This document shows, one piece after another, positions 31,501 through 43,206 of a stretch of 60,145 nucleotides of DNA. The DNA is taken from positions 1 through 60,145 of the forward strand of contig CACCBT010000001.1 of NCBI GenBank assembly GCA_902544345.1, read 5' to 3'. This DNA is from an uncultured Pelagibacteraceae bacterium (GTDB lineage Bacteria; Pseudomonadota; Alphaproteobacteria; Pelagibacterales; Pelagibacteraceae). Numbering within the stretch: the first letter of the stretch is position 1; each line of letters begins with the position of its first letter. Under the pieces are notes generated by a model that saw only the letters and a program-made list of their open reading frames with translations, searched no databases and was not told where the DNA came from. A program made the translations under genes and the position numbers.

Positions 31501-32769
31501 GTTATGGGAAGAAATACTCAATTAAGTATCGAAGATGACAATGGTAGACAATTAGCAATTTATAAAGTTAATTATGGGTCAAAGCTATTTTTCAAAGATG
31601 GTGAGAAAATTCAAAAAGGAAAAAAAATTGCCGAGTGGGATCCTTACACATTACCTGTTATAGCTGAAACTAGCGGTATTGCAAATTATATGGATTTAAT
31701 GGAGGGAAGTTCTTTAACCGAAACACTAGATGACGCAACAGGTCTTTCATCAAAATCAGTAACTGATTGGAAGTCGTCCTCTAAAAATTCAGAGCTTAAA
31801 CCAAGAATAACTTTAAGAAACGAGAAAGGTGAAATTATTAAAAAAGCTGATGGCAATGAGGCTAGATATTATTTAGTCCCCGATACAATTTTATCTGTTA
31901 AAGACGGACAAAAAATTTCTGCAGGAGATGTCCTAGCAAGATTACCTAAAGAAACCTCTAAAACAAAAGATATTACTGGGGGTCTTCCCCGTGTAGCTGA
32001 ACTATTTGAGGCAAGAAGGCCAAAAGATAGTGCAATAATTGCTGAAAATGACGGTGTTATACAATTTGGAAAAGAGGTAAGAGGAAAACAAAAAATTTCT
32101 ATTGTTTCTACTAATGGTGAAACTTCTAATTATCTTATTCCAAAAGGAAAGCATGTTAACTTCAATCAAGGTGAGAAAATTAAAAAAGGTGAATACCTTT
32201 TAGATGGAAGTCCTGCTCCTCACGATATTTTAAGAATATTAGGTGTAGAGAAGCTTACAGAATATTTTGTTACAGAAGTTCAAGAGGTGTACAGGTTGCA
32301 AGGCGTTGTTATTAATGACAAACATATTGAAACTATTGTGAGGCAAATGCTCAAAAGAGTTGAAGTTAAAGAACCAGGTGACTCAGAACTTCTAACTGGT
32401 GAGGTCATAGACTTATTAGATATTAATTCAATTAACGAAAATTTAAGAAAAGAAAAGAAAAAGCCAGCTACATTTGAAAGAGTTTTGCTTGGTATAACAA
32501 AAGCTTCATTACAAACTAACTCTTTTATTTCTGCAGCCTCGTTCCAAGAAACAACTAGAGTTCTTACAGATGCATCAATTAAAGGTAAAACAGACTCTTT
32601 AGAAGGTTTAAAAGAGAATGTGATTGTGGGAAGATTGGTTCCAGCCGGAACTGGTTTAACGAAAATTGAATGGGATAAACAGGCTAAGGAACTTGATAAG
32701 GCAAGAATTGAAGAATTAAAAAAACAAGAGCTAGAATCCGCAACTGTAGCCCCAGAACAGAGTGCGTAA
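28579..32769 (+). CDS. rpoC: RNA polymerase beta' subunit
   Basis: Zinc ribbon CLCGKYK...[14 protein letters not shown] and [13 protein letters not shown] motifs. Confidence 0.99.
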   Translation: MEKNLTKNFNNQNLPQENTFDSIKITLASPEKIKSWSFGEIKKPETINYRTFRPEKDGLFCSRIFGPVKDYECLCGKYKRMKFRGIICEKCGVEVTKSNVRRERMGHIDLACPVAHIWFLKSLPSRISLAIDMKLKEVEKVLYFESFIIIEPGLTTLKKGQLISEEALLKAQEEFGEDAFTAGIGAEAVREILVSLDLKKEQKKLRESLTEIKSKVTEERTIKRLKLIESFISSGNKPEWMILTSIPVIPPELRPLVPLDGGRFATSDLNDLYRRVINRNNRLKRLLDLKAPDIIVRNEKRMLQESVDALFDNGRRGRVITGTGKRPLKSLAEMLKGKQGRFRQNLLGKRVDYSGRSVIVVGPELKLHQCGLPKKMALELFKPFLYARLDKLGLATTIKQAKRLVEKEKSEVWDSLEHIIREHPILLNRAPTLHRLGVQAFEAKLIEGNAIELHPLVCAAFNADFDGDQMAVHIPLSLEAQLEARVLMMSTNNILSPSNGKPIIVPSQDIVLGIYYLSQSAEKEEKKPKGIFSSVEEIEQALENKSISLHSHIISTFETIDSNGNKIVEKHSSTAGRFLLANLLPKNDNIKFSLVNKLLTKKSVSEVIDTIFRYCGQKETVIFCDKIKDLGFKHAFKAGISFGKDDLIIPKTKENLINNTKKQIEEYEKQYSDGLITRGEKYNKVVDIWSKCTDTVANEMMKEISSAEKVYEDDRIETNSVYMMADSGARGSQAQMKQLAGMRGLIAKPSGEIIETPIISNFKEGLSVLEYFNSTHGARKGLADTALKTANSGYLTRRLCDVAQDVQITKKECDPKKRSSVNISEIIEGGNILVSLSERVLGRVIAENIKNPVTGEVIIKKDKLIDEFDCEKIDAAGVKSINVYSVITCASTRGVCQICYGRDLARGKLVSVGEAVGMIAAQSIGEPGTQLTMRTFHVGGTAQIKEESQIVAQTNGKLNIINKNLIEDSKKNTIVMGRNTQLSIEDDNGRQLAIYKVNYGSKLFFKDGEKIQKGKKIAEWDPYTLPVIAETSGIANYMDLMEGSSLTETLDDATGLSSKSVTDWKSSSKNSELKPRITLRNEKGEIIKKADGNEARYYLVPDTILSVKDGQKISAGDVLARLPKETSKTKDITGGLPRVAELFEARRPKDSAIIAENDGVIQFGKEVRGKQKISIVSTNGETSNYLIPKGKHVNFNQGEKIKKGEYLLDGSPAPHDILRILGVEKLTEYFVTEVQEVYRLQGVVINDKHIETIVRQMLKRVEVKEPGDSELLTGEVIDLLDINSINENLRKEKKKPATFERVLLGITKASLQTNSFISAASFQETTRVLTDASIKGKTDSLEGLKENVIVGRLVPAGTGLTKIEWDKQAKELDKARIEELKKQELESATVAPEQSA

Positions 32770-32793
32770 AATTTTAAGAAATTCCATTAAATA

Positions 32794-32821
32794 TTGACAT
32801 TTACAAATTCAATGCTAGTTT
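32794..32821 (+). promoter_or_regulatory. Candidate sigma70 promoter of the str operon
   Basis: Perfect TTGACA, 16-nt spacer ending in TGC (extended -10), then TAGTTT. Confidence 0.6.
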
Positions 32822-32829
32822 ACGGCACA

Positions 32830-32912
32830 TTTTGAATGTTAGAAGTAAGGTAGATTATAGCCTTAAACACTAACTAAATAACTCTGGGCTAACCTTACTT
32901 TACATTTCAAAA
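32830..32912 (+). promoter_or_regulatory. rpsL leader RNA structure (long stem-loop)
   Basis: Nested pairings TTTTGAA-TGT/ACA-T-TTCAAAA, AAGTAAGGT/ACCTTACTT and TAGCCT/GGGCTA, ending 7 nt before the rpsL ATG. Confidence 0.75.
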
Positions 32913-32919
32913 TTTTATT

Positions 32920-33291
32920 ATGCCAACAATTAATCAGTTGATAAAAAAAAGTAGAGTAAAACCATTAGCTAGAAATAAAGTTCCGGCTCTAGAGAAGCAA
33001 CCTCTTAAGAGGGGTGTTTGCATAAAAGTTTATACAACAACTCCAAAAAAACCAAACTCTGCATTAAGAAAAGTTGCAAGAGTTAGACTATCAAACGGTT
33101 TTGAGGTAACAGCATATATTCCAGGCGAAGGTCATAATTTACAAGAGCATTCTGTAGTATTACTCCGAGGAGGGAGAGTAAAAGATCTTCCAGGTGTTAG
33201 ATATCATATTTTAAGAGGTAACCTAGACACGCAAGGTGTTGCTAATAGAAAACAAAGAAGATCTTTATACGGAGCAAAAAAACCTAAATAA
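32920..33291 (+). CDS. rpsL: 30S ribosomal protein S12
   Basis: [11 protein letters not shown] and [12 protein letters not shown] motifs. Confidence 0.99.
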   Translation: MPTINQLIKKSRVKPLARNKVPALEKQPLKRGVCIKVYTTTPKKPNSALRKVARVRLSNGFEVTAYIPGEGHNLQEHSVVLLRGGRVKDLPGVRYHILRGNLDTQGVANRKQRRSLYGAKKPK

Positions 33292-33296
33292 TTATT

Positions 33297-33767
33297 ATGT
33301 CTCGCAAAAGAAAAGCGCCTCAAAGAAAAATTTATCCTGATCCAAGATTTCATTCTGAAGTTGTCTCAAAGTTTATTAATTCAATAATGTATGATGGAAA
33401 AAGATCAACAGCAGAGAAAATTCTTTATGATGCATTAGAGAAAATAAAATCAAAAAACAATGAAGACCCAATCAAAATTTTTAATTCAGCAATTAGTAAC
33501 GTCAAACCAAATTTAGAATGTAGGTCTCGAAGAGTTGGGGGTGCAACATATCAAGTGCCTGTTGAAGTAAAAGCCAAAAGGGGTCAAGCTCTAGCGCTAC
33601 GGTGGATTATGGATGCCACTAGAAAAAGAAAAAATAAAACTATGGCGGATAAACTTTACTCCGAAATAATGGACGCTTCCCAAAACAAAGGATCTGCAAT
33701 TAAAAAAAGAGAGGACACACATAAAATGGCCGAGTCAAATAAAGCCTTTGCTCATTTTAGATGGTAA
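33297..33767 (+). CDS. rpsG: 30S ribosomal protein S7
   Basis: [12 protein letters not shown] and NKAFAHFRW motifs. Confidence 0.99.
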   Translation: MSRKRKAPQRKIYPDPRFHSEVVSKFINSIMYDGKRSTAEKILYDALEKIKSKNNEDPIKIFNSAISNVKPNLECRSRRVGGATYQVPVEVKAKRGQALALRWIMDATRKRKNKTMADKLYSEIMDASQNKGSAIKKREDTHKMAESNKAFAHFRW

Positions 33768-33773
33768 AAATTA

Positions 33774-35846
33774 ATGACCAAATACACATTAGATAAATAT
33801 AGAAATATTGGTATCATGGCCCACATCGATGCCGGTAAAACCACTACGACTGAAAGAATTCTTTATTATACAGGAAAGAGTCATAAAATTGGTGAAGTTC
33901 ATGATGGTGCCGCCACGATGGATTGGATGGAACAAGAACAAGAAAGAGGAATTACTATTACTTCTGCTGCCACTACCTGTTTTTGGAGAGATCACCGAAT
34001 AAATATTATTGATACTCCAGGTCATGTGGATTTTACAATTGAAGTTGAGAGATCGCTAAAAGTTTTAGACGGTGCAGTCGCAGTATTTGATGGTGTTGCT
34101 GGTGTCGAACCTCAGTCAGAAACAGTTTGGAGACAAGCAGATAAATATAAAGTTCCTAGAATATGCTTCGTGAATAAACTAGATAGGACTGGAGCAGATT
34201 TTTACAGATGCGTAGATATGATTAAAGAAAGATTAGGCTGTAAACCGTTACCATTACAACTTCCTATAGGCTCTGAGGCTGACTTAAAAGGTATAATAGA
34301 TTTAGTAAAAATGAAAGGAGTAGTCTGGCAGAACGAGGACTTAGGTGCAAAATTTGAATATGTTGAAATTCCAGATGATTTAAAAGATAAAGCGAATAAA
34401 TATCGACAAAATCTAGTCGAAACTGCAGTGGAAGAAGATGAAAAATTAATGGAGGCTTATTTGGATGGTAATGAGCCTTCAGAAGCAGACCTTATTAGAT
34501 GTATCAGAAAAGGAACTTTAAATTTTAATTTTGTTCCTATTTTAACTGGTTCAGCTTTCAAAAATAAAGGCGTTCAACCTCTGTTAGACGCAGTTATTGA
34601 CTATCTTCCAAGCCCAAGCGATTTAAAATCTATTGATGGAACAAAGGTTGGACAAGAAGAAAAAGTGACAATGAAATTTGATGAAAAAGAGAAATTTTCA
34701 GCATTAGCTTTTAAAGTAGCTAATGACCCTTTTGTAGGTTCACTTACTTTTATAAGAATTTATTCCGGAACCCTGAATGCAGGTACATCTATATTAAATT
34801 CCTCTAAAGATAAAAATGAGAGAATTGGAAGAATGCTTTTGATGCATGCAAATAGTCGAGAAGATATAAAAACTGCATCTGCTGGTGATATTGTTGCATT
34901 AGCAGGATTAAAGTATACCATTACAGGGCATACATTATGTGATCCTCAAAACCCAATTCTATTAGAGCCAATGGAATTTCCTGATCCTGTAATCGAAATT
35001 GCAGTTGAGCCTAAAACAAAAGGTGATCAAGAAAAAATGGGTGAGGCATTAGCTAGATTAGCTAAGGAGGATCCCTCTTTTAGAGTTTCTTCTGACGAGG
35101 AGTCAGGACAAACGATTATTAAAGGTATGGGTGAGTTACATTTAGACATTATTGTTGATAGAATGAAAAGAGAGTTTAAAGTCGAGGCAAATATTGGTGC
35201 ACCTCAAGTGGCATACAGAGAGACAATACTTGGCTCAGCAGAAATGGAATATATCCATAAAAAGCAAAGTGGTGGTGCAGGGCAATTTGCAAAAGTAAAG
35301 TTAAGTGTTGAGCCATTAGAGGCTGGAAAAGGAAGAGAAATAGAGAATTTAATTAAAGGCGGTGCGATTCCTAAGGAGTTTATTCCAGGAGTAGAAAAAG
35401 GAGTAGAAAGTGTTTCCGACAGTGGAATATTAGCAGGGTTTCCAATTATAGATTATAAAGTGAAAATATTAGATGGGTTACATCATGATGTAGACTCTAG
35501 CGTTTTAGCTTTTGAAATTGCGAGCAGATCTTGCTTTAGAGAAGCATGTCAAAAAGCTACTCTTAAACTTTTAGAACCTATGATGAAAGTTGAAGTAGTA
35601 ACCCCAGAAGAATTTATGGGCGATGTAATTGGTGACTTAAATAGTAGACGAGGACAAGTTGGGTCTACTGAACCAAGAGGTAATGCAACCGCAATAAATG
35701 CAGTTGTGCCATTAGCAAATATGTTTGGGTACATAAATAATCTTAGATCATCTACTCAAGGAAGGGCTCAATATACAATGCAATTTAGTCATTATGATAA
35801 AGTCCCACAAAATGTTCAGGATGAGGTCACAAAGAAACTAGCATAA
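33774..35846 (+). CDS. fusA: Elongation factor G
   Basis: [26 protein letters not shown] and HDVDSS motifs. Confidence 0.99.
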   Translation: MTKYTLDKYRNIGIMAHIDAGKTTTTERILYYTGKSHKIGEVHDGAATMDWMEQEQERGITITSAATTCFWRDHRINIIDTPGHVDFTIEVERSLKVLDGAVAVFDGVAGVEPQSETVWRQADKYKVPRICFVNKLDRTGADFYRCVDMIKERLGCKPLPLQLPIGSEADLKGIIDLVKMKGVVWQNEDLGAKFEYVEIPDDLKDKANKYRQNLVETAVEEDEKLMEAYLDGNEPSEADLIRCIRKGTLNFNFVPILTGSAFKNKGVQPLLDAVIDYLPSPSDLKSIDGTKVGQEEKVTMKFDEKEKFSALAFKVANDPFVGSLTFIRIYSGTLNAGTSILNSSKDKNERIGRMLLMHANSREDIKTASAGDIVALAGLKYTITGHTLCDPQNPILLEPMEFPDPVIEIAVEPKTKGDQEKMGEALARLAKEDPSFRVSSDEESGQTIIKGMGELHLDIIVDRMKREFKVEANIGAPQVAYRETILGSAEMEYIHKKQSGGAGQFAKVKLSVEPLEAGKGREIENLIKGGAIPKEFIPGVEKGVESVSDSGILAGFPIIDYKVKILDGLHHDVDSSVLAFEIASRSCFREACQKATLKLLEPMMKVEVVTPEEFMGDVIGDLNSRRGQVGSTEPRGNATAINAVVPLANMFGYINNLRSSTQGRAQYTMQFSHYDKVPQNVQDEVTKKLA

Positions 35847-35848
35847 TT

Positions 35849-36157
35849 ATGGAAAATCAAAATATTAGAATTCATTTAAAAGCCTATGATAATAAGATCC
35901 TTGATTTATCAACTGAGGAAATCGTTAATACTGCTAAAAGGACTGGAGCTCAAGTCAAAGGGCCAATACCTTTACCAACTCGAATAGAAAGATATACAGT
36001 TCTTAGGTCTCCACATATTGATAAAAAAAGTAGAGAGCAATTTGAGTCAAGAACACATAAAAGATTAATAGATATAATTGAACCAACACCACAAACTGTT
36101 GAGGCATTAATGAAATTAGATTTAGCCTCAGGTGTTGATATAGAAATAAAGATTTAA
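35849..36157 (+). CDS. rpsJ: 30S ribosomal protein S10
   Basis: GPIPLPT and [14 protein letters not shown] motifs. Confidence 0.99.
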   Translation: MENQNIRIHLKAYDNKILDLSTEEIVNTAKRTGAQVKGPIPLPTRIERYTVLRSPHIDKKSREQFESRTHKRLIDIIEPTPQTVEALMKLDLASGVDIEIKI

Positions 36158-36158
36158 T

Positions 36159-36863
36159 ATGAGTATTGGATTAATAGGAACAAAATTAGGTATGACCAGA
36201 GAATTTATGACTTCAGGTCAGTCAGTACCTGTCACTGTTATTAAAATAGAAAAGGGAAGGGTATTAGATATTATTTCTAAAGAAAAAAGAGGTTATAACG
36301 CAATAAAAGTAGGTTTTTTTAAAATTAAAAATTCAAAATTAAAAAAACAAATGAAAGGCTATTTTACAAAAAAAAATACTGAACCAAAGAAAATTTTAAA
36401 AGAATTTAGAACTGAAGAAATTGACAAATATAAAGAAGGAAATGAAATAGGTTTAGAAATATTTAAAGATAAAAAATTTTTAGATGTAAGATCTAAAACA
36501 ATTGGAAAGGGATTTGCTGGGGTAATGAAAAGATGGAACTTTGGAGGGTTAAGAGCTTCACACGGAGTATCAGTATCACATAGATCACATGGTTCAACAG
36601 GTCAGAGACAAGACCCTGGAAAGGTTTTTAAAGGAAAAAAAATGGCAGGTCATATGGGTGATAAATCTAGAACAATGCTAAATCTAGAGGTAATAAAATC
36701 TGATATGGAAAATAACTTGTTGTACATTAAAGGTTCTATACCTGGAGCAAAAAATTCAACAGTTCTTTTAAGGGAGTCTGTAAAAAATATATCCAGAAAA
36801 ACTATAAAAGAAAAACATGACGCAAAAATTAAAGCTGCAGAAGCTAAAAAAGGTAAAAAATAG
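36159..36863 (+). CDS. rplC: 50S ribosomal protein L3
   Basis: GKGFAGVMKRW, SHG and PGKVFKGKKMAGHMG motifs. Confidence 0.98.
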   Translation: MSIGLIGTKLGMTREFMTSGQSVPVTVIKIEKGRVLDIISKEKRGYNAIKVGFFKIKNSKLKKQMKGYFTKKNTEPKKILKEFRTEEIDKYKEGNEIGLEIFKDKKFLDVRSKTIGKGFAGVMKRWNFGGLRASHGVSVSHRSHGSTGQRQDPGKVFKGKKMAGHMGDKSRTMLNLEVIKSDMENNLLYIKGSIPGAKNSTVLLRESVKNISRKTIKEKHDAKIKAAEAKKGKK

Positions 36864-37499
36864 ATGAAATTACCTTTGTTAAACATTGATGGAAATAAAA
36901 ATAGCTCAATTGAGATTTCGGATAAATTGATTAAGCTTAAAATTAATTATAAGCTAATTAAGTTTGTAATAGACTGGCAATTAAATCACTCAAAACCAAG
37001 AACTGCTAAAACAAAACAAAGAAATCAGATAAGAGGTTCTACAAAAAAAATTGTAGCCCAAAAAGGAAGTGGTGGTGCACGTCATGCAAGTAAAAAAGCT
37101 CCTTTATTTGTTGGCGGGGGTGTAGCTCATGGTCCTAAAGGTTCAATCTATAAAGTAAAAAAAATTAATAAAAAAGTACGTAAGCTAGCTTTAGCTCAAA
37201 CTTTATCAAAAAAAAATGTAGAAAAAAACCTATTCATACTGGCAGACGTAAAAAAAGAGATTAAAAAAACAAAAGAATTCAATAAATTTTTACTTAATAA
37301 CAATCTACAAAGTACTTTGATTATTTCTGATAAAGACACTTTTAAAAATATAAATAAATCAGCTAGAAATATTAAAGATGTAAAATTAATAAATGACGAA
37401 GGTGCGAATATTTATGATATTTTTAAATATAAGAACGTCCTTATTACGAGTTCTTCGGCCAAAAAAATCCAAGAAAGAGTTTTAAATGAAAAAAATTAA
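36864..37499 (+). CDS. rplD: 50S ribosomal protein L4
   Basis: QKGSGGARH and GGGVAHGP motifs. Confidence 0.97.
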   Translation: MKLPLLNIDGNKNSSIEISDKLIKLKINYKLIKFVIDWQLNHSKPRTAKTKQRNQIRGSTKKIVAQKGSGGARHASKKAPLFVGGGVAHGPKGSIYKVKKINKKVRKLALAQTLSKKNVEKNLFILADVKKEIKKTKEFNKFLLNNNLQSTLIISDKDTFKNINKSARNIKDVKLINDEGANIYDIFKYKNVLITSSSAKKIQERVLNEKN

Positions 37500-37779
37500 T
37501 TACATAGACTCAATTAGGAGTCCAATTATAACTGAGAAAGCTACAATTTTATCAGAGCAAAATAAGACAGTTTTCAAAGTTCATGAAAAAGCAAATAAGA
37601 GTATAATTAAAAAAAATATAGAAAAGTTGTTTAAAGTAAGTGTTGTAAAAGTAAATATAATTAATCAAAAAACTAAGATTAAATTAAAGCAAGGGAGAAA
37701 ATCATATAAGACAGGTTACAAAAAAGCGATTGTAACTCTAAAAAAAGGTCAAAGTATAGACTTAACAACAGGAATTTAA
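37486..37779 (+). CDS. rplW: 50S ribosomal protein L23
   Basis: PIITEKA and YKKAIVTL motifs. Confidence 0.97.
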   Translation: MKKINYIDSIRSPIITEKATILSEQNKTVFKVHEKANKSIIKKNIEKLFKVSVVKVNIINQKTKIKLKQGRKSYKTGYKKAIVTLKKGQSIDLTTGI

Positions 37780-37782
37780 TTT

Positions 37783-38616
37783 ATGGCTTTAAAAACATTT
37801 AAACCTTATACAAAATCAACAAGAGGCACTGTTGTTATAGATAAAAGTTCTTTATGGAAAGGCGCTCCATACAAACCTTTAACAAAGGGTCAAAATTTTA
37901 CTGGCGGAAGAAATAACTTTGGAAGGATAACTTCAAGACATATTGGAGGTGGTTCAAAACATAAATATAGAATTATTGATTTTTATAGAAAAAAGAAAAA
38001 TATACCAGGAAAAGTGGAGCGTATAGAATATGATCCAAATAGAACAGCATATATAGCTTTAATAACTTATCAAGATAAAGAGAAATCATATATTATCTGT
38101 CCCCAAGGACTTAAACAAGGAGATGTAATTGAATCAGGAAAAAACGCAGAAATAAAAATTGGTAATTCTTTAGAATTAAAGGATATTCCACCTGGAACAC
38201 CTTTACACAACGTTGAATTAATTCCTGGAAATGGCGCTAAATTAGCAAGATCTGCTGGTTCGTCAGTAACATTATCAGGCTATGACGGCGACTATGCTAT
38301 ATTAAAATTATCATCTGGAGAAACTAGAAAAGTTAGCAGTAAATGTATTGCTACAATCGGAACAGTATCTAATCCTGATCAAAAAAATATTAAAATTGGA
38401 AAAGCGGGTAGAAATAGATGGAGGGGAAAAAGACCCCAAACTCGTGGAGTTGCGATGAACCCAGTAGATCATCCTCATGGTGGAGGGGAAGGTAAAACCT
38501 CTGGAGGTAGAAGTCCAGTTTCTCCTTGGGGCCAATCAGCTAAAGGATTAAAAACAAGAAAGCCGAAACGAAGTGATAAATTTATCATCACAAGAAGAAA
38601 GAAGAGAAACAAATAA
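37783..38616 (+). CDS. rplB: 50S ribosomal protein L2
   Basis: IEYDPNR and [17 protein letters not shown] motifs. Confidence 0.99.
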   Translation: MALKTFKPYTKSTRGTVVIDKSSLWKGAPYKPLTKGQNFTGGRNNFGRITSRHIGGGSKHKYRIIDFYRKKKNIPGKVERIEYDPNRTAYIALITYQDKEKSYIICPQGLKQGDVIESGKNAEIKIGNSLELKDIPPGTPLHNVELIPGNGAKLARSAGSSVTLSGYDGDYAILKLSSGETRKVSSKCIATIGTVSNPDQKNIKIGKAGRNRWRGKRPQTRGVAMNPVDHPHGGGEGKTSGGRSPVSPWGQSAKGLKTRKPKRSDKFIITRRKKRNK

Positions 38617-38924
38617 TGACTAGATCAATTTGGAAAGGACCTTTTGTACACCCTAGCTTATTGAAAAAGATAGATAAGTTAAAAGGAGGAACAAATAAAA
38701 AACCAATTAAAACTTGGTCGAGAAACTCTACTGTAATTCCTGACTTTGTGGGTCACAGTTTCATGATACATAACGGAAAAACTTTTATACCAATAACGAT
38801 TTCAGAGGAAATGGTTGGTCATAAATTAGGTGAATTCGCTCCAACAAGAACATTTAAAGGTCATACACCAGCTGACAAAAAAGCTGCAGCAGCTGAAAAA
38901 CCTGCTGATGGAGACAAAAAATAA
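38616..38924 (+). CDS. rpsS: 30S ribosomal protein S19
   Basis: [13 protein letters not shown] and [11 protein letters not shown] motifs. Confidence 0.98.
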   Translation: MTRSIWKGPFVHPSLLKKIDKLKGGTNKKPIKTWSRNSTVIPDFVGHSFMIHNGKTFIPITISEEMVGHKLGEFAPTRTFKGHTPADKKAAAAEKPADGDKK

Positions 38925-39292
38925 TGAGTAAAGAAAATACTTTAGTAAAAGCAATAAATAAAAATGTGAGAACAAGCCCAAGAAAACTTGCTTTGGTTTG
39001 CAATTTTATAAAAGGGAAAAAAGCTGACGTAGCTCTGAGAGATTTAGAATTTACAAGAAAAAGAATTGCACATGATGTAAGCAAAACAGTAAAATCAGCA
39101 ATAGCAAATGCTGAGAATAATTACCAGTTTGATATAGATAATTTATTTGTTAAAGAGGCCTTCGTAGGAAAATCTTTAGTAATGAAAAGATTTAGGCCTA
39201 GAGCTAAAGGTAGAGCAAGTCCAATTAAAAAACCTTTTAGCAGAATTACAATTATTCTTGAGGAAAAAAAGGAAAAGAAAGAGAGTAAGTAA
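38924..39292 (+). CDS. rplV: 50S ribosomal protein L22
   Basis: [14 protein letters not shown] and [11 protein letters not shown] motifs. Confidence 0.98.
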   Translation: MSKENTLVKAINKNVRTSPRKLALVCNFIKGKKADVALRDLEFTRKRIAHDVSKTVKSAIANAENNYQFDIDNLFVKEAFVGKSLVMKRFRPRAKGRASPIKKPFSRITIILEEKKEKKESK

Positions 39293-39978
39293 TGGGACAA
39301 AAAATTAACCCTATTGGTTTAAGATTAGGTATTAACAGAGGATGGGACTCAACTTGGTTTGCCAAGAAAAAAGATTTCGGAAAATATTTAATTGAAGATT
39401 TTAAAATAAGAAAATATATAAAAAAGAATATAGTAAATTCAGGTGTATCAGAGATAATTATCGAGAGATCTTCTAAACAATGCACAGTATCTATACACAC
39501 CTCAAGACCAGGTTTTGTTATTGGAAAAAAAGGTGCTGATATAGAAAAAATTAAAAAAAATATAATGAAAATTACTAATGGAGACGTGAACGTTAATATT
39601 AAAGAAATAAAAAAACCAGAATTAAATTCCAATTTAGTGGCGGAAAATATTGCTCAACAACTTGTAAAGAGAGTTGCGTATAGAAGAGCAATGAAAAGAG
39701 CAATGCAGTCTGCAATGAGATTAAATGCTAAAGGTATTAAAGTTATGTTAAGTGGTAGATTAGCAGGAAATGAAATTGCGAGAACAGAATGGCTAAGAGA
39801 AGGTAGTATACCTTCTCATACGTTAAGAGCAGACATAGATTATGGTTTTGCTGAGGCTTTGACAACATATGGAATTATTGGTGTAAAGGTCTGGATTTAT
39901 AAAGGTGAATTAATGGCCAAAGATGTTGATAAGGAAAAAAAGGAGAGAGTAAAAAATGCTTCAACCAGTAAGAACTAA
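39292..39978 (+). CDS. rpsC: 30S ribosomal protein S3
   Basis: [23 protein letters not shown] and TLRADIDY motifs. Confidence 0.99.
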   Translation: MGQKINPIGLRLGINRGWDSTWFAKKKDFGKYLIEDFKIRKYIKKNIVNSGVSEIIIERSSKQCTVSIHTSRPGFVIGKKGADIEKIKKNIMKITNGDVNVNIKEIKKPELNSNLVAENIAQQLVKRVAYRRAMKRAMQSAMRLNAKGIKVMLSGRLAGNEIARTEWLREGSIPSHTLRADIDYGFAEALTTYGIIGVKVWIYKGELMAKDVDKEKKERVKNASTSKN

Positions 39979-40360
39979 ATTTAGAAAAGCTTTTAAAGGA
40001 AGAATTCACGGTAAAGCACATAGGGCCATAACACTTAATTATGGTCAATTTGGTTTGAAAGCAATTGAACCAGAGCGAATAATAGGTAAACAAATAGAGG
40101 CTGCCAGAGTTGCTTTAACAAGATATATGAAAAGAACAGGTAAAGTTTGGACAAGAATTTTTCCAAACATTCCGGTTTCAAAAAAGCCTACTGAAGTTAG
40201 AATGGGTAAAGGAAAGGGTTCACCGGAATACTATGCATGTAGAGTAAAACCAGGTAGAATAATCTTTGAAATTGATGGCGTGAGTGAAGAGGTAGCTAGA
40301 GAGGCTTTATACAAAGCATCAGCCAAACTTCCAATTAAAACTAGATTTATTAAGAGATAA
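39956..40360 (+). CDS. rplP: 50S ribosomal protein L16
   Basis: QIEAAR and EVRMGKGKG motifs. Confidence 0.98.
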   Translation: MLQPVRTKFRKAFKGRIHGKAHRAITLNYGQFGLKAIEPERIIGKQIEAARVALTRYMKRTGKVWTRIFPNIPVSKKPTEVRMGKGKGSPEYYACRVKPGRIIFEIDGVSEEVAREALYKASAKLPIKTRFIKR

Positions 40361-40362
40361 TT

Positions 40363-40551
40363 ATGGTTAAAAAAAAAGATGACAAAAAGTTAAATAAAGA
40401 CCAAGCAGAGAAAAAAATTTTAACTCTGAAAAAAGATTTATTTAACATTAGATTTAAAAAAATTAACAACCAAATTAACAATCAAGCTCAATACGGACAA
40501 ATAAAAAAAAGTATAGCTAGATTGTATACAACAATTAAAAACGAAAAATGA
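40363..40551 (+). CDS. rpmC: 50S ribosomal protein L29
   Basis: [10 protein letters not shown]...[10 protein letters not shown]; lies between rplP and rpsQ. Confidence 0.92.
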   Translation: MVKKKDDKKLNKDQAEKKILTLKKDLFNIRFKKINNQINNQAQYGQIKKSIARLYTTIKNEK

Positions 40552-40778
40552 CAAAAAAAATATTAAAAGGTGTAGTTACTAGTGCAAAAAACGATAAGAC
40601 CATAGTAGTTGAGGTCACTAGAAAATTTAAACACCCATTTTATGAGAAGATAATTAAAAGATCAAAAAAGTATCATGCTCATGACGAAAAAAATAAGTTC
40701 AAAGAAGGTGAAGAGGTTTCAATTATTGAGAGCAAACCATATTCAAAAAAGAAAACGTGGCAGGTAATGGATAAATGA
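40548..40778 (+). CDS. rpsQ: 30S ribosomal protein S17
   Basis: GVVTS...[16 protein letters not shown] and SKKKTW motifs. Confidence 0.97.
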   Translation: MTKKILKGVVTSAKNDKTIVVEVTRKFKHPFYEKIIKRSKKYHAHDEKNKFKEGEEVSIIESKPYSKKKTWQVMDK

Positions 40779-41143
40779 TACAAATACAAACAGAATTAGA
40801 AGTTGCTGACAATACAGGAGCTAAAAGAGTCGAATGTGTAAAAGTTTTAGGAGGTTCAAAAAGAAGATACGCAGCTGTAGGAGATTTAATTGTTATTAGT
40901 GTAAAAGACGCTATTCCAAAAGGAAAAGTTAAAAAGGGAGCAGTACATAAGGCAGTTGTTGTTAGAACAAAAAAAGAGATATACAGAAATGATGGATCAA
41001 AAGTACAGTTTGATAAGAATGCTGTAGTCTTAACTGATGACAAGGGAGAGCCGATTGGAACAAGAATTTTTGGTCCAGTTACAAGGGAACTTAGATTAAA
41101 GGGACATACTAAAATAATTTCACTCGCACCGGAGGTTTTGTAA
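40775..41143 (+). CDS. rplN: 50S ribosomal protein L14
   Basis: [16 protein letters not shown] and SLAPEVL motifs. Confidence 0.99.
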   Translation: MIQIQTELEVADNTGAKRVECVKVLGGSKRRYAAVGDLIVISVKDAIPKGKVKKGAVHKAVVVRTKKEIYRNDGSKVQFDKNAVVLTDDKGEPIGTRIFGPVTRELRLKGHTKIISLAPEVL

Positions 41144-41395
41144 ATGATTATAAAAAAAGGAACTCAAGTCAGAATTATAACAGGTAAAGACAGGGGCAAA
41201 ACGGGTGAAATATTAGAAATTGATAGAAAACAAAAAAGGGTGAAAATAAAGTCTATTAACATGATAAAAAAACATCTTAAACCCACAAAAGAAAATAAGG
41301 GTGGAATCATTTCAAAAGAAAATTTTATTCATATCTCAAATATTAAAGATATTGATTTAAAAAAAAAAGAAAAGAAAGAGACTAGAAGCAAATGA
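41144..41395 (+). CDS. rplX: 50S ribosomal protein L24 (short form)
   Basis: KOW motif [11 protein letters not shown] and GGIISKE-FIHISN; 83 aa. Confidence 0.93.
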   Translation: MIIKKGTQVRIITGKDRGKTGEILEIDRKQKRVKIKSINMIKKHLKPTKENKGGIISKENFIHISNIKDIDLKKKEKKETRSK

Positions 41396-41943
41396 TACCA
41401 AGACTAAAAATATCATATGAAAAAGAGATTGTTGCAAAGTTAATGCAAAAACTTTCCGTTAAAAACAAACATGAAGTGCCAAAAATTGATAAAATTATAT
41501 TAAATATGGGCCTAGGAGAAGACGCTTCTGATAGTAAAAAACTTAAGGCATGCGCGGAAGATATGTCTTTAATTGCAGGACAAAAACCAGTAATTACAAA
41601 ATTTAAGAAATCTATCTCAAATTTTAAAACAAGGAAAGGATCTAATGCTGGAGTAAAAGTTACCTTAAGATCTTATAAAATGTATGAATTTATAGATAGA
41701 TTAATAAATATTGCTTTACCAAGAATTAAAGACTTTAGAGGATTATCTTCAAAAGGAGTGGATAGTTCCTACAATTATTCATTCGGAATCAAAGAACACA
41801 TTGTATTTCCAGAGGTAAATTTTGACAAGGTAGATAAGATACGAGGTTTAGATGTTACCATTGTAACTACTAGCAAAAGTAGGGATGCAACAATTGAACT
41901 TCTTAAAGAGTTAAATTTCCCAATAAATCAAAAACAAAACTGA
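41392..41943 (+). CDS. rplE: 50S ribosomal protein L5
   Basis: KIILNMG, GQKP and LPRIKDFRG motifs. Confidence 0.98.
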   Translation: MIPRLKISYEKEIVAKLMQKLSVKNKHEVPKIDKIILNMGLGEDASDSKKLKACAEDMSLIAGQKPVITKFKKSISNFKTRKGSNAGVKVTLRSYKMYEFIDRLINIALPRIKDFRGLSSKGVDSSYNYSFGIKEHIVFPEVNFDKVDKIRGLDVTIVTTSKSRDATIELLKELNFPINQKQN

Positions 41944-41950
41944 GGTATAT

Positions 41951-42256
41951 ATGGCTAAGAAAAGTGCGATAGAAAAAAATTTTAAAAGAATGAAGTTAGT
42001 CAAAAGATTTGCAAAAAAAAGGGCCGCATTAAAAAAGATTATTAATAATAAAAAACTAGATCTTTCCGAAAGGTTTGAGGCTCAGCTTAAATTAAATAAA
42101 TTACCAAAAAATTCTTCAAAAATAAGAATAAGAAACAGATGTGAGATTTCAGGTAGACCTCACGGAGTTTATAGAAAATTAAAAATATCAAGAATAGCAC
42201 TTAGGGACATGGCTTCCTCTGGTAAAATTCCTGGTATAACAAAGTCGAGTTGGTAG
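41951..42256 (+). CDS. rpsN: 30S ribosomal protein S14 (long, zinc-independent type)
   Basis: [12 protein letters not shown]...PGITKSSW; 101 aa with a single Cys. Confidence 0.98.
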   Translation: MAKKSAIEKNFKRMKLVKRFAKKRAALKKIINNKKLDLSERFEAQLKLNKLPKNSSKIRIRNRCEISGRPHGVYRKLKISRIALRDMASSGKIPGITKSSW

Positions 42257-42265
42257 GAGGTATAT

Positions 42266-42664
42266 ATGACATTTACAGATCCAGTAGGTGATATGTTTTC
42301 AAGGATAAGGAATGGCCAGATGCGATCATTAAGTTCAATTCATATCCCGTCGTCAAAATTTAGAAAAAATATTTTAACTATTTTAAAAAATGAAGGGTAC
42401 ATTAAAGATTTCTTTATTGATAAGTCAGAAAAAAATAAAGTTAGTTTAAAAATTTCATTAAAATATTATGAAGGAGATCCAGTAATTAAAGAAATTAAAA
42501 GAGTATCAAAACCTGGTCGAAGAGTTTATTCAAGGGCCACAAGCATCCCTAAAGTAATGAATGGGCTTGGTTTAGCAATATTATCCACACCAAAAGGTGT
42601 AATGAGTGACTCGGAGGCAAGGAAGAATAATGTTGGTGGAGAAATTATTTGTAGGGTGTTTTAA
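42266..42664 (+). CDS. rpsH: 30S ribosomal protein S8
   Basis: DPVGDM-SRIRN, SKPGRRVY and STPKG motifs. Confidence 0.98.
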   Translation: MTFTDPVGDMFSRIRNGQMRSLSSIHIPSSKFRKNILTILKNEGYIKDFFIDKSEKNKVSLKISLKYYEGDPVIKEIKRVSKPGRRVYSRATSIPKVMNGLGLAILSTPKGVMSDSEARKNNVGGEIICRVF

Positions 42665-43206
42665 TGTCTAAAATTGGAAAAAAAAATATAGTTGTGCCTA
42701 AAGACTCCTCTATTAAAATAGAAGGTTCTAACTTGACAATTACAGGTCCAAAAGGATCAACGAAATTAACAATTAATGATAAGATTTTTTCGTCAAAAAT
42801 TAATGAGAGTGAATTTCAAATTAAACCTATTGAAAAAAAAATTGATAAAAAAACCTCAATTTTGTGGGGTACTTATAGAAGTATAATAAATAATGCTATT
42901 TTAGGTGTATCACAGGGACATGAAAAAATTTTAGAACTATCTGGAGTCGGTTTTAGAGCTAATTTGAAAGGTGAAATATTAAATTTACAATTAGGTTTTA
43001 GTCACGATATCAATTTTAAAATTCCAAAAGAAATTAAAATTACAGTCGAGAAGCAAACTATTATCAAAATAAGTGGTGTTGATAAAGAGCTTGTTTCAAA
43101 AATTGCTGCTGATATAAAAAGTTTTAAACCAGTTGAACCTTACAAAGCAAAAGGCATTAAAGAGAGAGGTCAATTTGTTCTGAGAAAAGAAGGAAAGAAA
43201 AAATAA
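42664..43206 (+). CDS. rplF: 50S ribosomal protein L6
   Basis: MSKIGK, GVGFRA, LGFSH and EPYKAKGI motifs. Confidence 0.98.
   Translation: MSKIGKKNIVVPKDSSIKIEGSNLTITGPKGSTKLTINDKIFSSKINESEFQIKPIEKKIDKKTSILWGTYRSIINNAILGVSQGHEKILELSGVGFRANLKGEILNLQLGFSHDINFKIPKEIKITVEKQTIIKISGVDKELVSKIAADIKSFKPVEPYKAKGIKERGQFVLRKEGKKK

Noticed and set aside
26030-33250. Rifampicin or streptomycin resistance alleles in rpoB and rpsL
   Set aside because: The RRDR ([20 protein letters not shown]) and S12 (KKPNS, RVKD) motifs look wild type.
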